Shown here: piece after piece, positions 8,665-18,314 of the stretch
Layout of the letters: each line of letters opens with the position of its first letter
How positions within the stretch are numbered: position 1 is the first letter of the stretch
Source of the DNA: an uncultured Alphaproteobacteria bacterium
Lineage (GTDB): Bacteria > Pseudomonadota > Alphaproteobacteria > JAJFIK01
NCBI GenBank assembly: GCA_964531285.1
Contig: CAZHDI010000006.1
Span: 19,315 to 63,777 of the forward strand
Length of the DNA stretch: 44,463 nt
Direction of reading: 5' to 3'
Position numbers and translations under genes: made by a program
Notes under the pieces: model-generated
Database searches by the model: none
Told to the model about the DNA's origin: nothing
What the model saw: only the letters and a program-made list of their open reading frames with translations

Positions 8665-10350
8665 TCAAGCGAAGGAGAACAGATCCGGGTCGTAGGCGCC
8701 GCCCGGGGGGCTCACATCGGTGTCGATCACGATAATATCCCGGGTGCCGTCGGCGCCCAGACGCTCGATGCGGACGCTGTCGCCCTGATCGATGGCGTTC
8801 ATCACCGCAAAGTCGTCGGACATGTCGAGGAGATCCAACAGTTCGTCCTCGGTCAGGGTCGGGCCGAACCCGCCGCCAGCCGGCGTGGCAATATCGCCGG
8901 TCCCGTCAGGATCGCCGAAGATGAACTCGTCCAGCGAGTTGGCCGGGTTGGTAACCCCAGCCTCAAGGGCGTCGATCGCCTTGACCACGTCAGTGCCGCA
9001 GAAGATCGCGATGTCGAACGCGCCGGTCGAACTGTTGTTGATCTTCACCGCGAAGCTGTCGATTTCCAGACCCAGCAATTCGACACGCATATCGTCCGGA
9101 TCGATCCCCGCCGTCAGCAGGGCTTCGAGTTCCTCCTGGCTGTCGATCGCCCCGTCGGTCACGATATCGCCGATCGGATTGTCGCCGGTCACCGTGACCG
9201 ACTCGCTGTTGTCGAGATCAATGATGCCGAGCGTGTTCTGATCGTCGCCGATATTGACGTCCGTGGCGAGGTTCTGGATCGCCACTTCGGTGCCCGGACC
9301 GGCCAGCGTCAGCACATCGATGGTGCCTTCGTGGTTAAAGGCCAGCGTGTAGCTTGTCTTCGTGATGGAGATCAGTTCGACATTATCAATGCCGGGGTCG
9401 CGCTCTTCGTCGAACACCGCACCGCCGTCGCCGTCGATCATTTCCTTCAGGACCTGCTCGATGTCGTCATCGTCGTCATCGCGGTCGAAGTTCAGATTGG
9501 CCGCGCCGGAGACAAGCTCACTGCGCAAATTGAACGTGCCGCTAAGGTCCAGCATGTTGAGGCTGAACAGGTAGAAATCGTCCGGCGCGTCGTACTGAAC
9601 CGCCTCGGCCTCATCGTCATTGATGTTCATGATCGGCTCGGGGAACAGATCATTGCCTTCGGCGACTTCATTCCCACCGAGGAGCGGACGGGCGAACGTG
9701 AGGATGGCCTCGAGGACCGTCTCGACGATGGTGTCGAACGCTTCGAGGGCTTCCTCGGACATCTCACCGAGTTGCGCGCGGAACGCGTCGAATTGCACAA
9801 TGAAATCACCGAGCCCGGCCAGGATCTGGTCAAGCGGCAGGTTGCCAAGCAGGCCGCCAAGATCGCCCAGACCGCCCTGCTGTTCGTTGTTGAACTGCGG
9901 GCCCTGCTGGATGAGCAGTTGCTGGGTCTGCTCGATCTGAAGTTCCGCCTGCTGCTCCATGCTGTTGAGCTGGAACATCATCAACTGCGGGCTGAGATTG
10001 CCCAGATTGATGAGCTGCCCGATCTGACCGAACAGATCGCTCAGGAGATCGAAGATACCCTGGAACGGGCCGAGCGGGCCGAGACCGGAGAAGAGATCGT
10101 CCAAGGGCGACGGCTGCGGTTCGCCCCCCCAACCCGTGCTGTAGGTCTGCGCTCCCAGATTACTGCCCCAGGACGTGCCATAGGTCTGCTGACCGAAGCC
10201 GCCACCGTAGCCGGTATTGTAGGTCTGCTGACCCAAGCCGCTGCCGTAGCCGGTGTTGTAGGTCTGCGAGCCGGTGTTGCTGCCCCAGCCCGTGCCGAAG
10301 GTCTGTTGGCCGAGGCCTTTGCCCCAGGACGTCCCGTATGAAGTGCCCAT
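8665..10350 (-). CDS. Hypothetical acidic repeat protein, possibly secreted
   Basis: Long ORF with a coherent Asp/Glu/Gly/Leu-rich composition and its own terminator; start set at ATG 10350 (MGTSYG) behind GGGA; no family recognised. Confidence 0.8.
   Translation of the reverse strand: MGTSYGTSWGKGLGQQTFGTGWGSNTGSQTYNTGYGSGLGQQTYNTGYGGGFGQQTYGTSWGSNLGAQTYSTGWGGEPQPSPLDDLFSGLGPLGPFQGIFDLLSDLFGQIGQLINLGNLSPQLMMFQLNSMEQQAELQIEQTQQLLIQQGPQFNNEQQGGLGDLGGLLGNLPLDQILAGLGDFIVQFDAFRAQLGEMSEEALEAFDTIVETVLEAILTFARPLLGGNEVAEGNDLFPEPIMNINDDEAEAVQYDAPDDFYLFSLNMLDLSGTFNLRSELVSGAANLNFDRDDDDDDIEQVLKEMIDGDGGAVFDEERDPGIDNVELISITKTSYTLAFNHEGTIDVLTLAGPGTEVAIQNLATDVNIGDDQNTLGIIDLDNSESVTVTGDNPIGDIVTDGAIDSQEELEALLTAGIDPDDMRVELLGLEIDSFAVKINNSSTGAFDIAIFCGTDVVKAIDALEAGVTNPANSLDEFIFGDPDGTGDIATPAGGGFGPTLTEDELLDLLDMSDDFAVMNAIDQGDSVRIERLGADGTRDIIVIDTDVSPPGGAYDPDLFSFA
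10126..10341 (-). repeat. About 5.5 imperfect 39-nt (13-aa) tandem coding repeats
   Basis: SYGTSWGKGLGQQ / TFGTGWGSNTGSQ / TYNTGYGSGLGQQ / TYNTGYGGGFGQQ / TYGTSWGSNLGAQ / TYSTGWG. Confidence 0.9.
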
Positions 10351-10620
10351 TGCTTCCCATCCCCGTCTGACTTGGCCACCTGCCCCGCGTCGGGGCCGAA
10401 CAACCACGAACAAAATCACCTTGGGCAGCCTGCAACCGCCCGGGGACAGAGTTACCGCATGAAATGGTTAACGAACAGACAGCAGATGACTTTTCCGGGA
10501 CTCTTTTGTCGGAAATTCAGCCGCCCATTAGGCTCAGCCGGTTACCCCCATTGGAATGAGGGTGCGTCATACCGGGAAACGCGAAAAATGGTCCGGATTG
10601 GATATTTCCAGACCGGGTAA

Positions 10621-11742
10621 TCAGGCCGCGGCGCGAATCACATCGCACACGCGGTCGACCTGATCGTCCGTCAGATAGGGGTGCATGGGCAGGGACAGAA
10701 TATGGTCGGCCAGCCATTCGGTGTTGGCCAGCCCATCCGCCGGCGCATGGGCCTCGAACGCCCCCATCTTGTGGCAGGGCACGGCGTAGTACACGGCTGA
10801 CGGAATGTCGGCGGCCTTGAGCGCATCCTGAACCCGGGCCCGGTCTTCGACGCACACGGAGTAAAGCCCCCAGGACGGCTGCACATCCGCCGGGCGGGCC
10901 GGCAGATCAATGACATCGCGCAAGTTGGCATCATAGCGCGCGGCAAGCCGGGTCTTGGCCTTCACCTCATCGTCGAAGATCTCAAGCTTCTCCAGCACGA
11001 TGGCCGCCTGCATGCTGTCCATGCGCCCGTTCAGCCCGACCCGGACCGACACCCGGCGATGTTCGTCAGTGCCGTGCCAGCGGATCGAGCGCCAGATTTC
11101 GCCGCGCTCCTTACTGTCCGCAAACAGAGCGCCGCCATCGCCATAACAGCCGAGGGATTTAGCGGGGAAGAAACTGGTGCTGGACATCGGCGCCAGCGTA
11201 CCGACCGCCCGGTTGCCGACCCGCCCGCCGTAACTCTGCGCGGCGTCGGCCATGACATCCATGTCCCAGTCGGCGGCAATCGCCCCGATACGCGCATAGT
11301 CCGCGGGCAGACCGAACAGATCCACGGGAATCACCATGCGCGGCTTCAGGCGGCCCTCGTCCGCGACCGTCTGTATGCGCTGTTTCAAATCCTCCGCATC
11401 CATGTTGAAGCTGCGCCGGTCGACATCGACAAAGACCGGTTCGGCGCCGAGCATCAGCACGGCGTTGACGGTTGCATTATAGGTAAAGGAGGGCACGAAC
11501 ACCGCGTCCCCCGGGCCCACGCCCTCGGCCATCATGGCAATGACCAGGGAGTCTGTGCCGCTTGCGACCGCCACAACATCTGCCGCGCCGCAATGGGCCG
11601 CGAGCCGTTCCTCAAGTTCGTCGATCTCGGGGCCGTTGATATAGCGGCCATGATCCAGCACCGCCATCAGCCGGGCTTCGATCCGCTCACGGATGCGGGC
11701 CTGCTGGGCTTTGAGATCGATAAAGGCAATGGGATCGGTCAT
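10621..11742 (-). CDS. DegT/DnrJ/EryC1/StrS PLP aminotransferase (GnnB/WbpE-like)
   Basis: FIDLKAQ, SGTDSL, DAAQS, SFFPAKSLGCYGDGG, LSLPMHPYL. Confidence 0.92.
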   Translation of the reverse strand: MTDPIAFIDLKAQQARIRERIEARLMAVLDHGRYINGPEIDELEERLAAHCGAADVVAVASGTDSLVIAMMAEGVGPGDAVFVPSFTYNATVNAVLMLGAEPVFVDVDRRSFNMDAEDLKQRIQTVADEGRLKPRMVIPVDLFGLPADYARIGAIAADWDMDVMADAAQSYGGRVGNRAVGTLAPMSSTSFFPAKSLGCYGDGGALFADSKERGEIWRSIRWHGTDEHRRVSVRVGLNGRMDSMQAAIVLEKLEIFDDEVKAKTRLAARYDANLRDVIDLPARPADVQPSWGLYSVCVEDRARVQDALKAADIPSAVYYAVPCHKMGAFEAHAPADGLANTEWLADHILSLPMHPYLTDDQVDRVCDVIRAAA

Positions 11743-11874
11743 GGTCGGGTCGGTCTTTCCTGGTCAAGCCCGCCCGGACGGCAGGGCCAAGGCTGCCGCC
11801 ACCGGCATTTGGACCGATGGCGGACGATCGAAACAAGAGCGCGGATGGATTGGGATGGTCCGGAGCCGGCCGGA

Positions 11875-12855
11875 TCAGGCGATCATCGCGTCGCGCGCAT
11901 TCTCACACGGTCCGTGGGCCTTCGTGATGGCCAGCGCCGTCGCGACCGCTTCACCGGCCTGATCGGCATTAACGATCGGCTCGCCGCCGCCCTGCACGCA
12001 CGCGATGAAATGCGCCACGCCATAGCCCAGCGGATCGGACGCCACCGACGGCTTGCCGTCGACCTCTTCGCCGCCGAAGGCCGAGTTCAGCCGGGCCGGC
12101 GTCGTATTCGTCAGGGTCCGGTTCACAAAGTCGATGAAGATCTCGCCATCGTCATAGACCAGGCGCATGGAGCGTTCCTTGGCCTCGGCATTGCGGCTGG
12201 CGAACAGGCGCACTTCGGCGCCGTTCTCGAAGCTCAGATCGGCCGTGACCTCATCGGCCAGGGTGCCGTGAACGAAAGCGGCGTCCGAGCGCACGGTGCG
12301 GACCGGGCTCGGCACCACCTGATGCACCAGATCGATATCGTGGATCATCAGATCCATCACCACGCTGACATCCATGCAGCGGCCCGAAAACGGTCCGGCG
12401 CGGCGGCATTCGACATAAACCGGCTGCTTGTCGCGCGCCAATACGCCAAAATCGGCAAACACATAGCGCTCCTGGTGGCCGACCTGGAGCACCAGACCCC
12501 GGCGGCGGGCCAGAGCGGCCAATTCCTCGGCATGGTCAGTGCGCAGCGCGATCGGCTTTTCGACCAGACAATGCACATCGGCATCGAGCACCTGACGCGC
12601 CAGGCGGTAATGGGTCGCCGCCGGCGTCGTGATGGACACCGCGTCGACTTGGCTCAGCACCGCGGCGATATCCGTCTCCGCGCGCGCGCCATGGCGTTCG
12701 GCCACCGCCTCTGCCCTGGCCCGGTCGATATCGACCACGGCAACAAGCTCAGCTTCGGCGGACGCCGCGTATTTGGCCGCATGAAAGCCGCCGAAAACCC
12801 CCGCCCCGATGACCGCAACACGCAGCGGCCGCTCCGTCTTAATCTTGATGAACAC
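11875..12855 (-). CDS. Gfo/Idh/MocA oxidoreductase (GnnA-like)
   Basis: VIGAGVFG, VEKP, VGHQER, DLMIHDID. Confidence 0.9.
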   Translation of the reverse strand: MFIKIKTERPLRVAVIGAGVFGGFHAAKYAASAEAELVAVVDIDRARAEAVAERHGARAETDIAAVLSQVDAVSITTPAATHYRLARQVLDADVHCLVEKPIALRTDHAEELAALARRRGLVLQVGHQERYVFADFGVLARDKQPVYVECRRAGPFSGRCMDVSVVMDLMIHDIDLVHQVVPSPVRTVRSDAAFVHGTLADEVTADLSFENGAEVRLFASRNAEAKERSMRLVYDDGEIFIDFVNRTLTNTTPARLNSAFGGEEVDGKPSVASDPLGYGVAHFIACVQGGGEPIVNADQAGEAVATALAITKAHGPCENARDAMIA

Positions 12856-13132
12856 TGCTTTTTTGCCCTCTGCCCGACTTTTCCGACCAAAAGTCCGCGG
12901 CCCGTGTCAGCCGGCGCGCCCCTTTGCGTTCAAGAGGCCGCCCGCCCAGATCCACACAATCGATTGGCCCCGCCCCCGCGAGACAGCCGCTTTGCGGCAC
13001 GGCATACTGGCCACAGGTCGCCCCATGGCTGCAACTCAACTAATATTGCCGATTGTTACAGGCCTATCGGAACGAAAAAATGCGCTGTGCCAACCGCTTA
13101 GCCGGCGCCTACCAACCGGAGGAGATACCCGC

Positions 13133-14158
13133 GTGCCAGCCCTGACCAGCCGTGAAATCCGCTTCAAAAGCCGCCCCGCCGGCATGCCTGAGGACAGCAA
13201 TTTCGAGCTTGCCACCGTCACCATCCGCGAACCGGGCCCCGGCGAGGTCCAGGTGCGCAATATCTGGATGTCGGTCGACCCCTATATGCGCGGGCGCATG
13301 AGCGACCGGGCCAGCTATGTGGACGGCTTTCAGATCGGGGCTCCGCTCAGCGGCGGCGCGATCGGTCAGGTCGTCGCCTCGAACCATCCGGACTTCCAGA
13401 CCGGCGATTATGTGAACAACATGTTCGGCTGGCAGGAAGCCTTCGTGTCCGACGGCACGGGGCTGGGCAAGGTGGACCCCGCCATCGCGCCGATCCAGGC
13501 CTATCTGGGCGCGCTCGGCATGCCGGGCCTGACGGCGTTTGCGGGTTTGGAGATGATCGGCCAGCCCAAGGAGGGCGAGACCGTGTTCGTATCGGCCGCC
13601 TCCGGGGCGGTGGGCATGGTGGTCTGCCAGATCGCGCGGAATATGGGCTGCCGGGTCGTCGGCACGGCGGGCTCGGACGAGAAATGCCAGTGGCTGCTCG
13701 ATGAGCTCAAGATCGATGCGGCGATCAACTACAAGACCTGCGGCAAGCTGGAGACGGCCGTCGCGGCGGCGTGCCCCAAGGGCGTGGATGTGTATTTCGA
13801 CAATGTCGGCGGCGAGCATCTGGTGGCCGCGCTCAATCTCGCCAATCCGTTCGCCCGGATGCCGATTTGCGGGATGATCGCTCAATACAACGACACGACG
13901 CCGCCCGCCGGCCCGTCGAACATCATCCTCACGGTCCCCAAACGCATCCGGATCCAGGGGTTCATCGTCTCGGACCATCTGGATCTGACGCCGGTGTTCA
14001 TCCAGAAGATGGGCCAATGGATCGGTGAAGGCCGGATGACCTGGAAAGAAACCGTGGTCGAGGGCATCGAGAATGCGCCGCAGGCGTTCCGGGGCCTCTT
14101 CACCGGCGACAATTTCGGCAAGATGCTGGTCAAGATCGGTCCCGATCCGGCGGTCTGA
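13133..14158 (+). CDS. NADP-dependent oxidoreductase (CurA/prostaglandin reductase-like MDR)
   Basis: SVDPYMRGRM, LGMPGLTA, VSAASGAVG, YFDNVGG, GDNFGK; GTG start at 13133 behind GGAGGAG. Confidence 0.93.
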   Translation: MPALTSREIRFKSRPAGMPEDSNFELATVTIREPGPGEVQVRNIWMSVDPYMRGRMSDRASYVDGFQIGAPLSGGAIGQVVASNHPDFQTGDYVNNMFGWQEAFVSDGTGLGKVDPAIAPIQAYLGALGMPGLTAFAGLEMIGQPKEGETVFVSAASGAVGMVVCQIARNMGCRVVGTAGSDEKCQWLLDELKIDAAINYKTCGKLETAVAAACPKGVDVYFDNVGGEHLVAALNLANPFARMPICGMIAQYNDTTPPAGPSNIILTVPKRIRIQGFIVSDHLDLTPVFIQKMGQWIGEGRMTWKETVVEGIENAPQAFRGLFTGDNFGKMLVKIGPDPAV

Positions 14159-14416
14159 CCCGGCGATCGCGGGCGGCCCCGCGCCTCTTCCGGGCGAGCC
14201 CACCCGCGTCAGGCGAGCGTCCGCCTTTTTCGTTGCAGGGTGAGTCGCTGCTCTGCCATGATGCCGCGGGCGCGCGGGGACCCTGTTTCCATCGACAGTG
14301 CAATCGTGTGCGGCGCCGGTTTGCGGCGCCGTTTTCATGATTGGCGAATGGTCTGGCCGTAGGGTGCGCGCCCACGATGCGGTGCAGTCCACACACCAAC
14401 GAGCCGGGAGCGGTCG

Positions 14417-15283
14417 ATGGCCAACATCATCATGGACTATTACGACAATCTGACCCGATTGCGGGGCTTCCAAAAGGCGCCGGTGCGCACCGTGGTCAAC
14501 GCGGTGAATTACCAGGTCATGAAGTTGCAAAAGCGCGCCAGCGTGATCGAACTGGATTACGGCGGCGCGCCGTTCCGGCTGAAGATCGAGCCGCGCCAGC
14601 GCCATATGGGCTCCGCCGGTATCTTCCTCCAGCGCGAATATTACGAACCGCTGCTCGAATACGGCCACCAGCTCATGAAGCCGGGCGATGTGGTGATCGA
14701 CGGCGGCGCCAATCAGGGCACCTTCACCTGTGCGTTCGGCGCCAAGGTCGGACCGCAGGGCCGGGTCATCGCGTTCGAGCCCTTCGACTGGCTGTGCGAC
14801 GTGATCCAGACCAATGTCACCATCAACGGCTTCGACCGGTCCTGCATCGTCAAGAACTTCGCCGTCTCCGACGAGGTGGGCGAAGCGGTGATCGACAACA
14901 GCCTCGGGCCGATCTCCGCCAGCATCACCCGGGATTTTTCCGCTGAAGCGGCCACCACCGACAAGCAGACGATCCGGACCACGACCATCGATGCGGTGAT
15001 GGCCGAGGAAGGCCTGGAGCGGCTCGACTTCGTGAAGCTCGATGTGGAAGGCGCGGAACTCAAGGCGCTGCAAGGCGCCAAGGGCTCCATCGAACGCCAT
15101 AAGCCGGTGATCTGTGTCGAGGCCGGCGAAACGGATGAGTTCGGTGAGATCCGCGATTACATCCAGCAGTTCGACTACCGCATGAACGTGTTCGACGACA
15201 CTGGCGTGTTCCAGGCCGTCGAGGAGGTCACCCCGCCGCTGGCGAATGTGTTCTTCTCACCGCGCGATTACAGCCTGCGCTGA
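14417..15283 (+). CDS. FkbM family methyltransferase
   Basis: VIDGGANQG, AFEP, KLDVEGAE. Confidence 0.92.
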   Translation: MANIIMDYYDNLTRLRGFQKAPVRTVVNAVNYQVMKLQKRASVIELDYGGAPFRLKIEPRQRHMGSAGIFLQREYYEPLLEYGHQLMKPGDVVIDGGANQGTFTCAFGAKVGPQGRVIAFEPFDWLCDVIQTNVTINGFDRSCIVKNFAVSDEVGEAVIDNSLGPISASITRDFSAEAATTDKQTIRTTTIDAVMAEEGLERLDFVKLDVEGAELKALQGAKGSIERHKPVICVEAGETDEFGEIRDYIQQFDYRMNVFDDTGVFQAVEEVTPPLANVFFSPRDYSLR

Positions 15284-15312
15284 CGATCCGGACAGCGACA
15301 TAGTGCATCGAG

Positions 15313-15350
15313 AACCCGGCCCGGCGCCCCGCCCGGCCGGGTTTTTCTTT
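15313..15350 (+). terminator. Intrinsic terminator after the FkbM gene
   Basis: AACCCGGCC...GGCCGGGTT then TTTCTTT. Confidence 0.7.
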
Positions 15351-15407
15351 CTGCCGCGCATCGCCCCGGCACCGGCCCGCTCCAACCCGTGCATAAGATC
15401 CGTGCAT

Positions 15408-15438
15408 AAGAAAAGGCCGGCCCGATAGGGCCGGCCTT
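15408..15438 (-). terminator. Intrinsic terminator after the first TonB-dependent receptor
   Basis: AAGGCCGGCCC-GATA-GGGCCGGCCTT with a U-tail on the - strand. Confidence 0.75.
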
Positions 15439-15464
15439 CGCCGTCATGGGACGGGATCCGATGA

Positions 15465-18314
15465 TCAGAAGATCGTCTGGGTGATGCCCAGCTTGATCAT
15501 CCGGCCGAACGGATTGTGCGTGAACGCATCGTAGCTCAGATCGGTCGAGGCCGCCGGCGGATCTTCGTCCGTCAGGTTGAAGATCGACGCGGAGAACCGC
15601 GTGTTGCCGTCGAACAGATCCAGCACATAGTGGATGTCATGGGTGACATGGGAGTCGATGGTCCCGAGCGACGGGATCGACGGCGCCACATCTTCATATT
15701 CATCCGTGTAGTACAGCTGATAGGTCAAGGTGTGCGGACCGTAAGCCGCCCGGGCGAAGAGATTGCCGCGCAGTTCGATCAGGGGCTGGAACGGCGTGCC
15801 TTCGTTCAGGAAGCCCACGAAATCCCCGCCATCGGCCAGCTTCACGCCGTCGATGTTCACGAAGTCTTCCGACTCGTATTCCAGCGTGTAGGTCCCGCTG
15901 CCGCCGACGGTCAGATCGAAATCATACATCTGCCAGTTATAGGCCGCGTTGAAATCGATCCCCGAGGTGACGATGTCCGCCCCGTTGATGACCGACCGGT
16001 CGATGCGCTCAAGCTGAGCGACATCCACGCCGAGCGGAAAGATCTGCTGACGCAGACTGTCGCACACGGGCGTGCCGACGCCGGCGCCGCCATCCTGACA
16101 GCCATTGGCCTGATAGGCATTGGCGATCTGCTGGCCGTTCTCGGTCTGGAACGGATCTTCAAAGTCGAACCGCCAATAGTCGATCGAACCGGTCAAACCG
16201 CCATAGTTCAGCAGGACACCGAAATTGGTGGCCAGCGCCGACTCCGCCTTCAGACCCGGATTGCCGACCGTATCCAGCGCCTTGAACGCCAGCGGCTGGT
16301 CGATGAACGACAGGTTGGTCACGCGGCCTTGGAGGAAGCTCTGGGACGGGCCCCGGAAGGTGGTCGATGCCGATCCGCGCAAGGCCAGCCACTCGGTCGC
16401 CTGCCAGCGGGCCGCGATTTTCGGATCGATGGTCGAACCGACGTCGCCGCCATAATCCTCATACCGGACCGCGAGCTGGACATCGAGATTGTCGAAGACC
16501 GGCAGCGCGAATTCGGCAAAGGTGCCGTAGACGTTCCGGTCAAGGCTGGTCGGCGTTGAACCGGCCAGGAAGGCGAACAGACCGCTCGGCGCCGCGCAAT
16601 CCAGGGTATTCGTGAACCCAAGAGCGACGGACACCGGCTGGGTGAACGGGCACGGGTTCTTTTCGAGATTGTAGAGATCGGAGATCTCGAACTCGAAATA
16701 ATCCTTCCGCAATTGTCCGCCCACGGCGTATCCGATGGTCCCGCCCGGCAGGGCAATCCCGGTATCGCCCGAGAACACCAGATCAGCCACGAAGAGCTGG
16801 TTGGTGGTGACGGACGTGCCGCGGCCCGTGAGCCAGTCCAGCAGTTCCGGCGAATTGGCGACGTCCGGATTGTATTGCGGGTTGACGGCGCCGTTCACGA
16901 CCGACCGCTCGATGGCGTTCGAGAACGGGTTGAAATACTCACAGCCGCCGACGCCCGGGGTGCCGGTGTTCGGATCGCAGTTCGGTCCGCCCAGGCCGCG
17001 CAGACCCAGCGAGAAGCGCTCGACGCGCATATCGCCGAAGCTGGCCAGCGTGCGCTCCCGCTCCGAGAAGGCCACGTTGAGATCGTAGTTCACTTCACCG
17101 TCGAACAGAGCGCCTTCGAGGCCGGCCGAAACCCGGAACTGTTCGGTCAGACGCTGGGACGTTTCGGGCTGCCCGCCGTTGACACCGGCGACACCGGCAT
17201 AACGACCCCAGTAGAAAACCGCTCCACCCGGCGGGAAATTCGCCGCATAGGCCGGGTTCTGCGCTTTCAGATCCGCCCAGCCGGGATGGTTCGGCAGCAC
17301 CAGGTTCTGCGTGGTCAAGAGGGTCTGCGGCGGATAGGACGGCGAGGTGTTCCATTCGGGAATATCGACCTCGGCATAGGCGCCCTCGATGTGGAAGACA
17401 TGACCATCGCCGAACTCATAGTCGAAATTCGAGTACACCTTGATCGACTCGGTGTCCTCAATGAGGTTGTCGAAATAGGTGTACTGGAAGAAGCACCGGC
17501 CCGAACCCGGCACAAAGAAGCCGCCGAGATTGTTACAGTTCGGGTCCGGAACGAACCCGCCCGTGGCGAGATTGAACACACTGCCCGGATTACCGATGGA
17601 CGACCAGCCGCCCTGCGGGTTTTCGCCGAAGGGAAGCAGCGCCCAATCGCGGTCGCGGATTTGAAGCTCGCTGCGTTCGGAATATTCCGCCGCGACCATG
17701 AAGTTCCAGTTGTCGCCGCCATGACCGAAGATCGCGTTGATGTCGAAATCGCCGTCGCTGTCGTCGATGAACTGGTACGACCCGCCGACTTCAAGGCCCT
17801 GGAAATCGTTCCGTGTGATGAAGTTCACCACGCCGGCAACCGCGTCCGAGCCGTAGAGCGCGGCCGCGCCGTCCTTCAGGACCTCGATGCGCTCAATGGC
17901 GTTGCCCGGAATGAAACTGACATCCACACCGATGGTATCCGACGCCACATGACGATGGCCGTTCATCAGGACCAGGGTCCGCGCCGAGCCGAGGCCGCGC
18001 AGGTTGATGGTCGTGGCGCCTTCGTTCCCCTGACCGCCGCGCGTGTCGAACTGGTTGGTCTCGGCGATCAGACCTTGCGTTTCCGGCAGGTTCCGGAGCA
18101 ATTCGGCAATCGTCGGTGAACCGATCTCCTCCAGCGTCTCGCGGCCCACGACACTGACGGGCAGTGCGGCGTCTTCCACGGCGCCTTCGATGAAGGAGCC
18201 GGTGACGACCATCACCTCGTCTTCTTCGTCCGTCTCGGTCTGCGCGATGGCCGGCGTCATCGCAAACGCGGTGAGAAGTGCCACCCCTGACGCGCCGCAA
18301 AGCAGCTTTTTCAT
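15465..18314 (-). CDS. TonB-dependent receptor
   Basis: Signal peptide, TonB-box-like VMVVTGS, plug motifs NLRGLG/RTLVLMNG and IERIEVLKDGAAALYGSDAVAGVVNFIT; terminal Phe. Confidence 0.95.
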   Translation of the reverse strand: MKKLLCGASGVALLTAFAMTPAIAQTETDEEDEVMVVTGSFIEGAVEDAALPVSVVGRETLEEIGSPTIAELLRNLPETQGLIAETNQFDTRGGQGNEGATTINLRGLGSARTLVLMNGHRHVASDTIGVDVSFIPGNAIERIEVLKDGAAALYGSDAVAGVVNFITRNDFQGLEVGGSYQFIDDSDGDFDINAIFGHGGDNWNFMVAAEYSERSELQIRDRDWALLPFGENPQGGWSSIGNPGSVFNLATGGFVPDPNCNNLGGFFVPGSGRCFFQYTYFDNLIEDTESIKVYSNFDYEFGDGHVFHIEGAYAEVDIPEWNTSPSYPPQTLLTTQNLVLPNHPGWADLKAQNPAYAANFPPGGAVFYWGRYAGVAGVNGGQPETSQRLTEQFRVSAGLEGALFDGEVNYDLNVAFSERERTLASFGDMRVERFSLGLRGLGGPNCDPNTGTPGVGGCEYFNPFSNAIERSVVNGAVNPQYNPDVANSPELLDWLTGRGTSVTTNQLFVADLVFSGDTGIALPGGTIGYAVGGQLRKDYFEFEISDLYNLEKNPCPFTQPVSVALGFTNTLDCAAPSGLFAFLAGSTPTSLDRNVYGTFAEFALPVFDNLDVQLAVRYEDYGGDVGSTIDPKIAARWQATEWLALRGSASTTFRGPSQSFLQGRVTNLSFIDQPLAFKALDTVGNPGLKAESALATNFGVLLNYGGLTGSIDYWRFDFEDPFQTENGQQIANAYQANGCQDGGAGVGTPVCDSLRQQIFPLGVDVAQLERIDRSVINGADIVTSGIDFNAAYNWQMYDFDLTVGGSGTYTLEYESEDFVNIDGVKLADGGDFVGFLNEGTPFQPLIELRGNLFARAAYGPHTLTYQLYYTDEYEDVAPSIPSLGTIDSHVTHDIHYVLDLFDGNTRFSASIFNLTDEDPPAASTDLSYDAFTHNPFGRMIKLGITQTIF

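Noticed and set aside
8623-10341. 572-aa plus-strand ORF, and similar long antisense ORFs (11059-13101, 13109-15100, 20191-21717, 23536-25728, 28930-31011, 31002-33401)
   Set aside because: Shadow ORFs opposite well-supported genes, expected at high GC; no recognisable motifs.
10126-10341. 39-nt periodic repeats as a CRISPR array
   Set aside because: They are in-frame degenerate coding repeats with no unique spacers and no cas genes nearby.
12809-13132. N-terminal extensions given by the ORF track for the oxidoreductase (also sodC, the MFS gene, the ECF sigma and the REase-like gene)
   Set aside because: They overlap neighbouring genes or promoters, and better starts with an RBS or stop-start coupling exist downstream.
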